Notes: a model not told the origin generated them from the sequence alone. A stretch of DNA of 64,000 nt from Rickettsiales bacterium (GCA_027485855.1 JAIXQD010000021.1:178700-242699), one strand, 5' to 3'. Shown: positions 13,401 to 20,579, numbered from the stretch's first letter. Translations and numbers: made by a program.

Positions 13401-13754
13401 CACACCCTGCGGATTGAGGAGATACAAACTACCTGTGGCACTTAAACGGCCATCAAGCCGCGAAGCATCGCCGCCCAATACGCGGTTAAGCGTGGCGCCA
13501 TTAGCATTATCAAAATGCACGCTGCCGCTTTGGCCAATGCTAAAACTATCCCAGTTGATAATGCCTGCGGCCGTGCTTTGCTGCACCAGCATGGCATTTG
13601 CGTCCACACTGATGCTGCCCGTGCCTGCCGCAAAACTTCCGCCGCTCGGCAATTCTGTCGCATCAGCTTGGCTGATAAATATGATACACGCACTGGCCAG
13701 TAACAACGAGCGCAGCGGCGAAGAATAGAAAGGTCGGAAGGCGGCAAGAGACAT
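1..13754 (-). CDS. Giant filamentous haemagglutinin-like (TpsA) repeat exoprotein, >4580 aa, 3' end beyond window start
   Basis: Manual translation from ATG at 13754: MSLAAFRPFYSSPLRSLLLASACIIFISQADA-TELPSGGSFAAG...IINWDSFSIG...TLNRVLGG...LYLLNPQGVLIG, i.e. a signal peptide plus TPS haemagglutinin-activity domain. The same frame still reads GTVRFRDDGGFA near 395-360. Absent from the ORF track, consistent with no stop before the window edge; not every codon was checked. Confidence 0.9.
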   Translation of the reverse strand, partial: MSLAAFRPFYSSPLRSLLLASACIIFISQADATELPSGGSFAAGTGSISVDANAMLVQQSTAAGIINWDSFSIGQSGSVHFDNANGATLNRVLGGDASRLDGRLSATGSLYLLNPQGVLIGAEGRVHTGGDFIASTKNITDTDFLNGGAIQLSGNSAASVRNSGTIEAAHGSIYLLAREVENTGRISAPKGDATLAAGNGFTLQDTQVGGLKVEPRADGRVSNSGSIEAVRAELNAAGGNVFALGNNQQGVVRATGVEQRQGEVWLTGRNIQNSGTIAANNANGSGGTVTLQAEGRIDHTGKIAVSGANNKGGEARLLGEQIAIYNGGAVDASGATGGGDIFVGGDRMGGRAPAQRLRQQENIPNAKAVFVGSTASLRSDATNNGNGGHVIIWSDDATRFYGSASAQGGAQGGNGGFIETSGGWIDINPASISTAAPLGRVGEWLLDPTNIEITAATDSYTPSPDFPDLIPTSAGTAQVSVGTIRAALITSDVSISTAAAGAGAGNITWLAGANLDIDTLSSRTLQLRAHNNITIDGAIIDSDTGTGDGLNIILDADSDSSGGGQSNIRTTFNTFGGSFESIGDITLEADINTTRTGTSGSIFFSNDVLLRNIGGITLTSGASDITFGGLLNSADSSNISSLILDTTGTAFFGRSVGNTQILDSVDFGSASTISIDGEQFIVNNSLSFGNPVFLPASNDLSIQVRGANQELLFQGNITKRDGTAQTVSFEAAGYITITQGVTVSSLGGALNLNLRADRDGVGGGGVVIGGSVTPTTIDTSTGTFVVGGGTGSLFSAGWAEGDASNAGIYMRNTTVITDTGAISLRGRGAQSGAFALSGIYLQDSSFSTNSNIFMTGVGGTGTTSAAEATGIWLSGTSLTTTTGTIALEGTGGINGNGNNNNTDLQAGVRLQNNALIEATGNGTININGIAGSGGVTGTVELPGGTGNVGFLCYTTNCGTVRTPSGGGSARINADSMALNDGSYRSAVFTLAPITTENTHTIRIGSAADTTANSLEISAAELAGFTTTGTLRIGSISYSNPIQFSGTLAPTGIATLSVFTGTDTGADITSVASSSLSGITNFAVRGRSIDLSNLSISTTNLAASSTGTVRLNGVFDINTVDGTNGITASLLRIDTTGTITQSARVIAPSLVLSGVGGVFDLNTQNNVITTLAADTGIVRFRDDGGYTIGALDGVVGITTTGATRLVSTGTVSQNRVITAPELALLGVGGIFNLNSNNNAIDLLAASAGTVRFRDDNGYQINSADGLNDIDVSQLLRLQSDGAVTTGVGFGILAPELLLTGTDGDFILSAAFVTLAANARTVDIANPIAIPAAIGTVDGVDGVTATGNVALFTSGTISQSQPIIAQGLELGGMGTFANDGTFNLNTQNNDINSLAATVETLQFRDDNGFDVGTVGSTDGIITTALTHLVSSGIVTNNFGITAPGLLLTGANGVFILTYSNNSVGTVAANTGTLYFRANDGFDVGSVSGTNGITASTALGLVSIGTVTQTQIVSAPELALVGVGGVFNLNSSNNAISTLAADAGTVRFRDDSGFAIGSVDGVDGIKVTGVARLVSAGTVTQSRIITAPELALLGTDGIFSLNSQNNDVAVLAADTATVRFRNDDNYSLGTADGVVGMTTTSLLRLHSTAIVTQVDDITTNGLLLTGAGGTFNLNVANVDVATLAADTDIIRIRKTAASVLDIGTVDGVSGITTVSRTNLISSDTVTQSQAIISSRLLLAGLATGEGTFNLHTQNNDVNQFATDVATVRFRDDNGFALDDLGAAEGIDAAVLAHLITSGTVTRTFGAVNTPSLVLAGVDGIYNFADSSVTITNLAANTGTVRLRDDDGFMVTTVDGVEGVTASSVAAFDTTSLVMQDAAINAGNLLLTGATGIYNLNTSDNNVGTLAASADYLRFRDDTGFDIGTVDTVNGITATTVVRLLSSGTVTQTQSIITPELAMLGTDGVFSLNSVSNSVDFIAASTGTVRFRRDNNYEVSTADGFAGITTSGITRLETAGTVTQTQPLTTDGLVLGGAGGAFNLTNLEFNTLAADTAAFTIENLNLGATEIGTVDGVSGVTVTGAIAFGASGTVTQSQAVVANSLALYALGGAGTFSLHTQNNNTNTLAANVVTLRFRDDDGFTIDDIGPYDMDATTLIHFITSGTVTQAAGAPITTLGLALSGTGGIFALDSISNSITDLAANTGEVFFRDDNGYDIDTVDDVVGATTLGELLLRTAGNVTQTQQVDTDLLTLLGDGGSGNYIIDHAGNLINNVRGKASNIHVNTSSFMQLRALPTPDDDYSFDVTGRLILSTTASNVSVVDNTGAVRAPEALFLTGSFSMPANGFNNFGTVAANAAFLFLHEDTTYDIGVVEGVAGITTTDRLWLSGNANVTQTEAINTADLTLTGASGTFNFAGINNNAVRVQGNTANIYLRDDDGFTITQSQSGAAVEQLHVSGILALTTSGTIDQSSTDNLGELVVNNLVLRGAGSTYNLHRLGNYLTTVAAEGAFVRLRDVDGFAIGTVDSVSGITATTLARLQTDGTVTQSQVITTPSLVLMGLPGTFDLNTQNNVINTLASNTGIVRFRDDDGFAIGTVDSVNGLTAGTARLQTTGTVTQSQSISVSGLLLTGAGGTFTFNTQNNSVNQLAADTATVRFRDDGGFAIAAVDSVNGLTASTLARLESTGTVIQTHVITTPSLLLSGVAGIFTLNTQNNAITTLASNTETVRFREDGDYVIGTVDSVSGLTVTGLARLESTGTVTQSQIITAPGLALMGAAGVFTLNTQNNSITTLAGNTDTVRLREDGDYAIGTVDSVTGLTVATLARLQSTGTVTQTEAIAAPSLLLSGTGGIFNLNSNNNTISTLAANTGTVRFREDGNYTIGSVDGTNGLVATSLVRLESTGTVTQGHTVFAPSLLLTGTGGSFTLNSLNNSISTLAADTNTVRFREDGGYAIGSVDGVNGATTTTLLRLETTSSVTQSQAINSTGLALSGSFGIFNLDTQSNTIGTLSANTTTVRFGEDGNYIIGSAGGISGLTATTVRLSSTGTVTQTHPIFATALALRGVGGIYNLNTTGNAIDNLAANTGTVRFREDGNYVISSVDSVNGLTVTDLARLQSTGTVTQSRVITAPSLLLTGGSAGTFTLNSQDNVITTLATNTGTVRFRDDTGYAIGTVDSVNGLTASTLARLQSAGTVTQTQAITAPSLLLSGTGGIFNLNSNNNTITTLAANSDTVLFREDGDYVIGTVDTVSGITATTLARLYSTGTVTQSQLITAPSLALTGVGGVFTLNTQNNSITTLASNTDTVRFREDGNYAIGSVDGVNGLGASTLVRLESTGTVTQIQPITTTGLLLTGVGGVFTLNTQSSNDIINLAANTGTVRYRDRDDYDIATVDGVSGLTTTTLARLETAGVPGFVTQSQAITTPGLVLEGTVGFFNLDTQNNSIDTLATSANTVRFREDGDYAIGTLDGVSGLSSASYIRLVSTGTVTQSNTIGTIILGLAGAGGVFNLSGLNNTISFFGADTGTLRLRDDNGFIITNTLDDANQGITVTDLLQLTNFGISAGSISQLKPIVASNLLLLGVGGVFDLNTQNNSITTLAADTEIVRFREDGDYEIGTVDESISGINANTLVRLQSTGTVTQSQIIATPGLVLTGAGGVFNLNTQNNNIDTLASDTGTVRFRNDSSFAIGTVDFVSGLTASTLARLQSTGTVTQSQIINTSGLLLTGTGGIFNFDTLDNVIGSLAANTDTVRFREDGDYGIGNIDSVVGITTATLTALSSNGTVLGFPPINSPGLVLRGTGTYILGDGNAITTLAGDTGAVVFADADGFTIGTVDGVAGLTADNYVYFITTSLVDQSAPLFAADVVLTGAGSDYRLNTEGNEFARLAGEAESIAIFANSSFEIAEVQGISGLFLTDFLNLESSGLVTQSQVIDVPSLVLSGLGSVFTLNTNNNSINTLAANAGTVRFRDDGGFDIGTVDGVNGLTVSAEARLTSTGTVTQSQIITAPGLALMGAAGVFNLNTHNNALDTLAGNTGTVRFRDDAGYAIGTADGVSGLTASTLARLQSDGTVTQSAAITAPSLLLTGAVGVFNLNSLSNAVDTIASDVATVRFRRDGSFSIATVDGISGLRGTTWVQLESTGTVSQTDTIFGGNLLLTGVGGVFDLHTQQNNTGRLAANTGTVRFQDTGNFEIGTVGITDGITVTGLLYLQTPGTVTQTQAITAPSLLLAGGSTGTFTLNTQNNAITTLAGNAGTVRFQDNTGFAIGTIDGVNGLSSTLIRLTSTGTVTQSQAINSPSLALTGVGGTFTLNTQNNAITLLAANTGTVRFRDDSTYSISTVDTVVGLTATVLASLQSAAAVQQSQAVTTPSLLLSGASALFSFQSNNNEVTTLAANTGSLRLRDDTGFDIGTVDSVNGVTASNFATLQSSGTVTQSQAINTSGLRLSGTSGIFDLNTQNNGITTLAANTGTVRFRDDGGFAIGTVDALNGVTLSNALHLTTGGTVTQSQGISSPRLVLTGVGGSYNLLAGVGYDNVVTTLAADTGSLRFYETVAGGYNIGSFDGVNGITATGDVYLAVAADLVSQTQPIVASGLRLGGIT

Positions 13755-14133
13755 TTGTCACCAAGGCGAGATATGTAAAATTTTGTCGATTAAACGAGAC
13801 AAACCGCTAAAAAACAAGGCTAATAAACCTATATAATTAATCGGGTTATTATCTTCGGCATAAATGACACAGACATGTGCCTTAACTCATTATTAATAAT
13901 GTCTTTATCGCGCCCGCATGCCTATTTATGCCCATTTTATAATGTTAAACAGAGTCTGCGTCACGCGCCCCACTATATGCCCCACATCGCTCACGCTGCA
14001 GGAATTATTTCGTAACCGCCGCCTTTATGCAGCTCTTACATGCTTGCTCACAGCCGATATCGCATTCTTACCCCTTGCTCTCTAAATCTGGAGACGCTGT
14101 GAAAGTCAGCACCAACAACCAAGGGAGACTTTT

Positions 14134-14355
14134 ATGAACAAAGAACAAGTACAAGGCAAAGCCGAACAAATGACCGGTAAACTTAAAGAAAAATGGGGCA
14201 AGCTGACCGGTGATGATATTGCACTCTACAACGGTAAGCGCGAACATTTCTTGGGCAAGCTCAAAGAGCATTACGGGCTGGCCAAAGAAGAAGCTGAAAA
14301 GCAGCTCAATCTGATTGAAGTCAGTTGCGGCTGTGGCACAACCAAAGCGGCGTAA
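14134..14355 (+). CDS. CsbD family general stress protein
   Basis: GKLKEKWGKLTGDD...GKLKEHYG..KEEAEKQ CsbD/YjbJ signature; GGGAG RBS. Confidence 0.9.
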   Translation: MNKEQVQGKAEQMTGKLKEKWGKLTGDDIALYNGKREHFLGKLKEHYGLAKEEAEKQLNLIEVSCGCGTTKAA

Positions 14356-14391
14356 ACCGTCTTTGTAAAACAATGCCGTAAACGAATAGCT

Positions 14392-14427
14392 ATCGCCCGG
14401 TAATATTCCTGAGGCCGGGCGATTTTT
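14392..14427 (+). terminator. Intrinsic terminator after csbD-like gene
   Basis: atcgcccgg...ccgggcgat stem followed by tttt. Confidence 0.55.
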
Positions 14428-14566
14428 CTCTCTTACTTTCCACCAAGGTCACCGACGCTGAGTTTTATGCTCACTCAACCAGAGCAGATAAAACAAGCAG
14501 CGCTTCGGCAAGAACAGCAGCCAGAAAAAAAGGCGCAACACATAACGCGCTAAACAGGAAAACTTC

Positions 14567-15559
14567 ATGCGGCATATCGCCCTACCTGCACTCTTTTTGC
14601 TCATGATATATACGCCAGCCATGGCCGCAGAAGATAGGCGCGCAAAAGACGACAAAGGCATTTTTAATGTAGTGCTCGAAAATGATAAGTTTGCCGGAGA
14701 AGACCGCGATTACACCAACGGCATTCGCTTTTCGTGGCTATCATCTGAAGAAAATATGCCCGCTTGGACGCGCAGCATAGCAAGCGTGCTGCCGCTGGCC
14801 AGCGACGGGCATAAGCGCATCAGTGTGGCCGCAGGGCAAAGCATGTTTGCGCCACAAGATTTATCGCGCCGCGATTTGGTGGTGGGCGATCATCCCTATG
14901 CCGGCTGGCTATATGGCTCGGTGGGCATTGTGTCGGATACAGGCAAGACGCTGGATAATGTCATGCTTACGCTGGGCGTGGTTGGCCCCTACTCGCTGGC
15001 CGAGCCAACACAAAAATTTGTTCACCGCATCATGAATAGCCCGCAGCCGAAGGGCTGGAATAATCAGCTTAAAAACGAGCTTGGTGTGGTGCTGACCTAT
15101 GAGCGCAAATGGCGAAGTATTTTTGCGATTTCGCCCTTAGGCCTCAGTGCAGATATCACCCCACATGCCGGCGTGAACCTTGGCAATGTCAACACCGATG
15201 CAACATTGGGCGCTACTTTTCGTTTGGGCTATGATTTACCGGTTGATTATGGCCCACCGCGCATTCGCCCCAGTTTGGCAGGGTCGGATTTTTTTATACC
15301 GACACAAGAACTTGGTGGATATTTATTCACCACCCTTGGTGCGCGTGCTGTGGCCCGCAACATCTTCCTTGATGGCAACACATTCCGCGATAGCGCCAGC
15401 GTGGATAAGAAAAATTTTGTGGGCGCTTTGCAAGTTGGTGCCGTCGTGACGTATGGCGAAACGCGCCTCTCTTACACACAGATATTTATGACTAAAGAAT
15501 ATAAAACACAAAAAAACGCAGCGGTGTTTGGTGCCATAACACTATCACACCGCTTCTAA
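14567..15559 (+). CDS. lpxR: Lipid A 3'-O-deacylase LpxR family outer-membrane protein
   Basis: ENDKF..DRDYTNG, GQSMFAP, HPYAGWLY, KGWNNQL, RNIFLDGN, C-terminal Phe; signal peptide. Confidence 0.85.
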   Translation: MRHIALPALFLLMIYTPAMAAEDRRAKDDKGIFNVVLENDKFAGEDRDYTNGIRFSWLSSEENMPAWTRSIASVLPLASDGHKRISVAAGQSMFAPQDLSRRDLVVGDHPYAGWLYGSVGIVSDTGKTLDNVMLTLGVVGPYSLAEPTQKFVHRIMNSPQPKGWNNQLKNELGVVLTYERKWRSIFAISPLGLSADITPHAGVNLGNVNTDATLGATFRLGYDLPVDYGPPRIRPSLAGSDFFIPTQELGGYLFTTLGARAVARNIFLDGNTFRDSASVDKKNFVGALQVGAVVTYGETRLSYTQIFMTKEYKTQKNAAVFGAITLSHRF

Positions 15560-15665
15560 TCCTTACGCAAACTTTATACCCATTCTGCTTTGTCGTATCG
15601 CCCGCTTACCGCCTTGTGGCTAGGGTCGATTTTAATAACGGCCAAATTTCTTAGAGGAGAAACCC

Positions 15666-16214
15666 ATGAAAAAACTACGCACACTCTTGCTGGCGCTTAT
15701 AGTAACTGCGCTGGTAACCTTATCCAGCGGCGCCTTTGCGGCAACACCGGATAATTTGCATAAGGATGCAAATCAAGCGCTGGCCATGCTTATAAAAGCA
15801 AACCCTGTGGCCGCCGATATTGCTAAAAAAGCGAAGGCCGTGCTGATTTTTCCGAATATCGTTAAGGCTGGCCTCATCTTTGGTGGCGCTTACGGCGAAG
15901 GCTTGTTGCAACAAAATGGAAAAGTGTCTGGGTATTATAATTCGGTCACTGCATCCTTTGGCTGGCAGGCGGGCGCACAATCTTATGGCTATGCGGTGTT
16001 TCTGATGAGCGACAAAGCCATCACATATCTTAACGAAACACATGGTTGGGAAATTGGCATTGGCCCAACGGTGGTGCTGGTGGATGCGGGTGTGGCTAAA
16101 AACCTTAGCTCCAGCACACTCCAAGATGATGCCTATGCCTTCATCTTCGACCAACAGGGCTTGATGGCATCCTTAAGCATTGAAGGCACCAAAATTTCAC
16201 AGATTAAAAAATAG
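15666..16214 (+). CDS. YSC84/SYLF lipid-binding domain secreted protein
   Basis: AKAVLIFPNIVKAGLIFGGAYGEG, SFGWQAGAQ, QQGLMASLSIEGTKI; signal peptide. Confidence 0.88.
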   Translation: MKKLRTLLLALIVTALVTLSSGAFAATPDNLHKDANQALAMLIKANPVAADIAKKAKAVLIFPNIVKAGLIFGGAYGEGLLQQNGKVSGYYNSVTASFGWQAGAQSYGYAVFLMSDKAITYLNETHGWEIGIGPTVVLVDAGVAKNLSSSTLQDDAYAFIFDQQGLMASLSIEGTKISQIKK

Positions 16215-16225
16215 GAATAACCGAT

Positions 16226-16495
16226 ATGCAAACCTCCACCACCACAACGCAATCAATCGGAAAATATATTTTGATACTTTGTCTGGCTGCAGTGGTTGGC
16301 TTGGTGGGCTATAGCCTGCTCAACGCGCCCGATCGGCGCAGTGCCGGCGATAAAATTGGCGATGCTATCAATGCGCTGCCCAATGGTATCGATAAAGCAG
16401 CACAACAATTAGAAAGCCGCACCCCCGCCGACAAAATCAATGACGCCGCTAAAGATGCCGGCGATGATTTGAAAAAAGCCACGAACCAACAATAG
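16226..16495 (+). CDS. Small membrane-anchored hypothetical protein with two repeated KIGDA/KINDA helices
   Basis: AGGA RBS, N-terminal TM helix, hydrophilic repeats. Confidence 0.7.
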   Translation: MQTSTTTTQSIGKYILILCLAAVVGLVGYSLLNAPDRRSAGDKIGDAINALPNGIDKAAQQLESRTPADKINDAAKDAGDDLKKATNQQ

Positions 16496-16502
16496 CCCGC
16501 TA

Positions 16503-16578
16503 AACCCTTAACCCCGAACCCCGAACCCCGAACCCAACACCACAAACCCCAAGACCACAAACCCCAAGACCACAAACC
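16503..16578 (+). repeat. Intergenic tandem repeats: (aaccccg)x3 followed by 15-bp accacaaaccccaag x~3
   Basis: Read directly from the sequence. Confidence 0.85.
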
Positions 16579-16591
16579 AAAGGATTGCCCC

Positions 16592-17479
16592 ATGAAGACC
16601 TGGACCCTACTCTTAACAAGCATACTCGGTACAAATCTGGCCCTTGGCATAAGCACGACTTACGCCAATAGCATCACCACCGACACAATAAAAACAGCCA
16701 CAAGCCCAGTGAGCAATGCAGAAATGGGCGATCCGCGCGTGGCGGCCGCTAGTTTTGTTGAACATGTGAATTTTGCGCGGGTGGCACTGGCGATGAAAAA
16801 TACCGATCTGGCCAAAAAGCACATCACTCAGGCCCGCAATATGGTGACCATTATTAAAAGCGCAACAGTCGAGCAGCGGGTCATAAGAGAGGTGGAATCG
16901 GGCCGCATCATTTACCAATATGACACGCAGTATAAATACCATTATTTTCCCATTCAAACTGGCCCCGTGCAGGTCAAAACCATGGATAGTGGCCCATTAT
17001 GGGCGACCAATGATTTAGCCGTGACCGATGCAGATATTGTTTATCTGACGCTCGACCTCACTGGCGACAAAGTCGAGAGCTATATCAATGAAGCCGAAAA
17101 TGCCATCACTGCGGGCGACCTCAAACGGGCCGACGAGCAGCTCGCGCAATTAACAGAGGCCGTGGTAACGGTCGATAGCAAAGTATCAATGCCGAGCGTG
17201 AAAGCCTATGACAACATTGCACTGGCGCGTAACTTCATTGCTGGCAAAAATTATGAGGGTGCCAGCTATGCCTTGAAACACGCCGATAGCGCGCTCGATG
17301 AAATGACCAAAAACGAAACAGACAAAACACGATTAACCGAAATTGCGGTGATGCGTAAAGATGTAACCAATCTGCAAGACTATATCACCAAAAAAGACCC
17401 CAACATGATTGAGCAAGCAAATGCCAAAATGGAAAAATGGTGGAAAGAGTTAAATAACTGGGGCAAAAGCGCTAAGTAA
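16592..17479 (+). CDS. YfdX-like secreted helical protein
   Basis: Signal peptide; HVNFARVAL, P.VKAYDNIALARNFI..KNYEGASYALKHA..AL pattern resembles the YfdX family. Confidence 0.6.
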   Translation: MKTWTLLLTSILGTNLALGISTTYANSITTDTIKTATSPVSNAEMGDPRVAAASFVEHVNFARVALAMKNTDLAKKHITQARNMVTIIKSATVEQRVIREVESGRIIYQYDTQYKYHYFPIQTGPVQVKTMDSGPLWATNDLAVTDADIVYLTLDLTGDKVESYINEAENAITAGDLKRADEQLAQLTEAVVTVDSKVSMPSVKAYDNIALARNFIAGKNYEGASYALKHADSALDEMTKNETDKTRLTEIAVMRKDVTNLQDYITKKDPNMIEQANAKMEKWWKELNNWGKSAK

Positions 17480-17502
17480 CCCCTTATACTAAGCACACCA
17501 TG

Positions 17503-17537
17503 CGCCACCTCCCAACGGAGGTGGCGTATTTGTTTTC
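17503..17537 (+). terminator. Intrinsic terminator
   Basis: cgccacctcc-caac-ggaggtggcg perfect 10-bp stem then T-rich tail. Confidence 0.75.
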
Positions 17538-17571
17538 TGGTTATTCCGCGCAATGAAGCCCATAATGCAAG

Positions 17572-17817
17572 ATGCACAAAAAGCCCGCAGACCTTGAACA
17601 AAAGCACGAAGCGTTGCAGGCAAAAATATTTTCGTCTGTTGCACACGATATAAGAACACCGCTGGCCTGCATCATTGGCTCGCTGCAAACACTCGACCAA
17701 ATGAACAGCAAGCTATCGCCAACGCAGCGTGACATGCTGATAAAAATAGCGTTGGCCGAAGCACAGCGGCTAGATGGCTTGCTCACAGAGCGGCTGGATG
17801 AAGCCAAACCAGAATAA
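17572..17817 (+). CDS. Stand-alone HisKA (DHp) domain protein, KdpD-like H-box, no ATPase domain
   Basis: IFSSVAHDIRTPLACIIGSL...EAQRLDGLL; 81 aa only. Confidence 0.75.
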   Translation: MHKKPADLEQKHEALQAKIFSSVAHDIRTPLACIIGSLQTLDQMNSKLSPTQRDMLIKIALAEAQRLDGLLTERLDEAKPE

Positions 17818-17918
17818 TCGGGCCATTTACGCGCCGCTTACGCAGCAGCCAAAGCATCGCATCGTATCCTTGTGGCCACTTCGTTATATCTGATGGCACA
17901 TAGCGCACAAGGATACTT

Positions 17919-18077
17919 ATGACTCTCTCATCCATTCTACTTATTATTCTTGTCCTGATGCTGGTGGGCTCATTGCCCACTTGGCCACATAGCAAAAACT
18001 GGGGCTATTACCCCAGCGGCGGCACAGGGCTTATCGTTATCATTCTTCTTATTCTACTCGTCACGGGTCGGATCTAA
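17919..18077 (+). CDS. DUF3309 family small membrane protein (52 aa, not in ORF track)
   Basis: MTLSSILLIILVLMLVGSLPTWPHSKNWGYYPSGGTGLIVIILLILLVTGRI; AAGGA RBS. Confidence 0.9.
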   Translation: MTLSSILLIILVLMLVGSLPTWPHSKNWGYYPSGGTGLIVIILLILLVTGRI

Positions 18078-18100
18078 CCCCTTAAACAAAGGAATATCTT

Positions 18101-18388
18101 ATGAGCAAAACTCTATCAACAATAATCGCCGCATCGGTCTTGGCCTTAGGACTGGGCGCCTGCACAGCAGAACAAAAAATGCACTATAAAAACCCAGGCT
18201 CTTACGAGAGCACCGAAACCAACACGGATGCAAAAGGCACAACGACCGTCAAAACATCGACAACAGAAGTGACCATTGATGAAAATGGACACCGCCAAGA
18301 AACCATTACCTCAAAAACCAGCAGAGACCCTGTCGGTTTGGGCAACAAAACCACCACAAATACTAAGAAAACCACTGTAGAAAAATAG
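18101..18388 (+). CDS. Small Thr-rich lipoprotein
   Basis: Lipobox LGAC; AAGGA RBS. Confidence 0.75.
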   Translation: MSKTLSTIIAASVLALGLGACTAEQKMHYKNPGSYESTETNTDAKGTTTVKTSTTEVTIDENGHRQETITSKTSRDPVGLGNKTTTNTKKTTVEK

Positions 18389-18422
18389 TCAGCCTCACCC
18401 ATACAACCAAAGGAACATCATC

Positions 18423-18671
18423 ATGTTTAACGCACCCGTTAAAGAAGACAATACCACCACCTTAAAAGATGGTGTCTATAATATGGAAAAAAACATAAAC
18501 GAAGCCGCACATGATGCTGGGCGCAAAGCGCGGAGCATGATGCATACAGCCAACAACGAGCTATCGCATGTACGCGAATATCTTGGTACGGAAATACGCG
18601 GCAACCCCGTGCGTTCAAGTGTCATCGCATTGGGCGTTGGCATGTTCCTTGGCGCACTATTTCGCCGCTAA
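18423..18671 (+). CDS. DUF883 / ElaB-YqjD-like tail-anchored protein
   Basis: C-terminal IRGNPVRSSVIALGVGMFLGALFRR. Confidence 0.85.
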   Translation: MFNAPVKEDNTTTLKDGVYNMEKNINEAAHDAGRKARSMMHTANNELSHVREYLGTEIRGNPVRSSVIALGVGMFLGALFRR

Positions 18672-18676
18672 TAGAT

Positions 18677-19039
18677 ATGGAAATGTTGCTTGCCATCATG
18701 ACTTTCATGCGCCGCGCGGGTGGCAAGCAACAGCTCCAAAGGCTGCTCGCCCACTTTTTGCTCTTACTTTTGTTGGTTATCATCACCGCCATAATGGTGA
18801 GCGCAGTATTAATTGGCGGTTTAATCAACGCCCACATTACTTTGCTGAATAGCGGCATGACAGCGACAAACGCATTGCTTATGATTGGTGCCGCCGCGCT
18901 ATTTATTATTGCGATACTGATTGCTGTGCTCGTGTCGCAAATAAAGCTGTTGCAGCGTCAGCCGATGAAATCACCACTAACGGGTATGCTGGACGCCTTC
19001 ACCGCTGGGCTTATGGCAGAGCAGGAACAACCGCGATAA
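18677..19039 (+). CDS. Two-TM membrane protein (YqjE/holin-like position after DUF883)
   Basis: Two hydrophobic helices; TAATG coupling to next gene. Confidence 0.6.
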   Translation: MEMLLAIMTFMRRAGGKQQLQRLLAHFLLLLLLVIITAIMVSAVLIGGLINAHITLLNSGMTATNALLMIGAAALFIIAILIAVLVSQIKLLQRQPMKSPLTGMLDAFTAGLMAEQEQPR

Positions 19040-20568
19040 TGGACCCGCTCAAAAAACTGCTCCATGATTATACGCTGTATATTATTTTTGCGGTGAGTGT
19101 GCTGTGCTTTGCCATGATTTATAACCAACATCCCGCGGGCCATCTGCAAGATTTGCTCGCGAGCGGCCTTTGTGTTTTATTGGTTATTGTCTATATTTAT
19201 CTTGAGCGGGATGCACAAAAAAATGCCGCCAAGCAAGCGCTCGAACTCGTGACGGCCAACCGTGTTATTGCTAAAGCTATAAAGCAAGTTTCAGACGAAA
19301 AACAAAGCACAATAACCAACAACCTGAAACATGCTGAAAGCGCCATGCACTCTGCACGGGAAGAACGCGCCTCGGCAGAACATGCTGCGTTGATTGCGGC
19401 AAAAGCCAATCAAGCAAAATCTGCCTTCTTGACCAATGTCAGCCATGAAATTCGTACACCGATGAACGCCATTATCGGCCTTGCGCATACTTTGCAAACA
19501 ACAAAACTCGACACACAACAAAAGCAATATGTGGATGTGCTGCATGCCAGTGCCGCGGCTTTGATGCGCCTCATCAATAACCTGCTCGATATTGATAAAA
19601 TGGAAACAGAAGAAATAGCCCTTGACGAGGCGCCTTTTTCCATGACGGCCCTGCTCAACCAAGTTATCAGTGCCATGTCGGTGCAGGCGAAGCAAAAAAC
19701 TGTGAGCTTGCTCATGCATTATGAGCCTGGCCTTGATAAAACTTATATTGGCGATAGCGGCCGCATTCGTCAGATATTGCTTAATCTGGTGGGTAATGCG
19801 GTGAAGTTTACCGATGCCGGCGGCAAAGTTACGCTGCTGTTTGCCAATGGCGGCACGGTTGGCGGCAAAAAAATGATTACCATCACGGTGACAGATACAG
19901 GCATTGGCATTCCGGCCAATAAAATCGGTCTCATTTTTGGCAAATTCATTCAGGCAGATTTATCTATTACCTGTAAATATGGCGGCATTGGGCTGGGCCT
20001 TGCTATCTCGCAGGCGCTGGCTCAACGCATGGGTGGAAAAATCACTGTCACCAGTGTGGTTGAGCAAGGCTCATCCTTTGTGCTACATTTAAGCCTAGCG
20101 GTGCAGGCCACTGAAAGCGAGGCCGACATACACCATGAGGAAAACATCATCTATCTCGATATCCAAGCCAACAGCAAGCGGCTGCCCATTCTCTTAGTTG
20201 AGGACCACGAACCTAATGTGCTGGTGGCCAGCATTATGTTTAATAATTTTGGCTATCACTACGAGGTTGCGCGCAACGGGCAAGAGGCCATTGAGCGCTT
20301 TGCCCAAGACAAATACTCTATTGTGCTGATGGATTTAGAAATGCCCATAATGAATGGCTTTGATGCAACCAAACATATTCGCGACTATGAAACAATAAAA
20401 GGTTGTGCCGCTGTGCCGATTATCGCCATGACCGCACACGCCATGAAGGGCGACCGCGAAAAATGCCTGAATGCGGGTATGAGCGACTATATCGCTAAGC
20501 CCTTTACCCCCCACCAGTTGCAGGCCATCTTAGATAAATATGTCAAGCGTCTGCCACAAGTTGCATAA
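19039..20568 (+). CDS. Hybrid sensor histidine kinase (2 TM-HisKA-HATPase-REC)
   Basis: FLTNVSHEIRTPMNAIIG, NLVGNAVKFT, DTGIGI, GLGLAIS, ILLVEDH...VLMDLEMP...KP. Confidence 0.95.
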   Translation: MDPLKKLLHDYTLYIIFAVSVLCFAMIYNQHPAGHLQDLLASGLCVLLVIVYIYLERDAQKNAAKQALELVTANRVIAKAIKQVSDEKQSTITNNLKHAESAMHSAREERASAEHAALIAAKANQAKSAFLTNVSHEIRTPMNAIIGLAHTLQTTKLDTQQKQYVDVLHASAAALMRLINNLLDIDKMETEEIALDEAPFSMTALLNQVISAMSVQAKQKTVSLLMHYEPGLDKTYIGDSGRIRQILLNLVGNAVKFTDAGGKVTLLFANGGTVGGKKMITITVTDTGIGIPANKIGLIFGKFIQADLSITCKYGGIGLGLAISQALAQRMGGKITVTSVVEQGSSFVLHLSLAVQATESEADIHHEENIIYLDIQANSKRLPILLVEDHEPNVLVASIMFNNFGYHYEVARNGQEAIERFAQDKYSIVLMDLEMPIMNGFDATKHIRDYETIKGCAAVPIIAMTAHAMKGDREKCLNAGMSDYIAKPFTPHQLQAILDKYVKRLPQVA

Positions 20569-20579
20569 AGGAAAAACCG

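Noticed and set aside
271-13728. Dozens of plus-strand ORFs with SSRKRTVP-type repeats
   Set aside because: Antisense shadows of the single minus-strand repeat protein; their periodicity mirrors its 216-bp unit.
13760-14133. EcfG/sigmaT promoter (GGAAC...CGTT) for the stress cluster
   Set aside because: No convincing match found by eye upstream of csbD.
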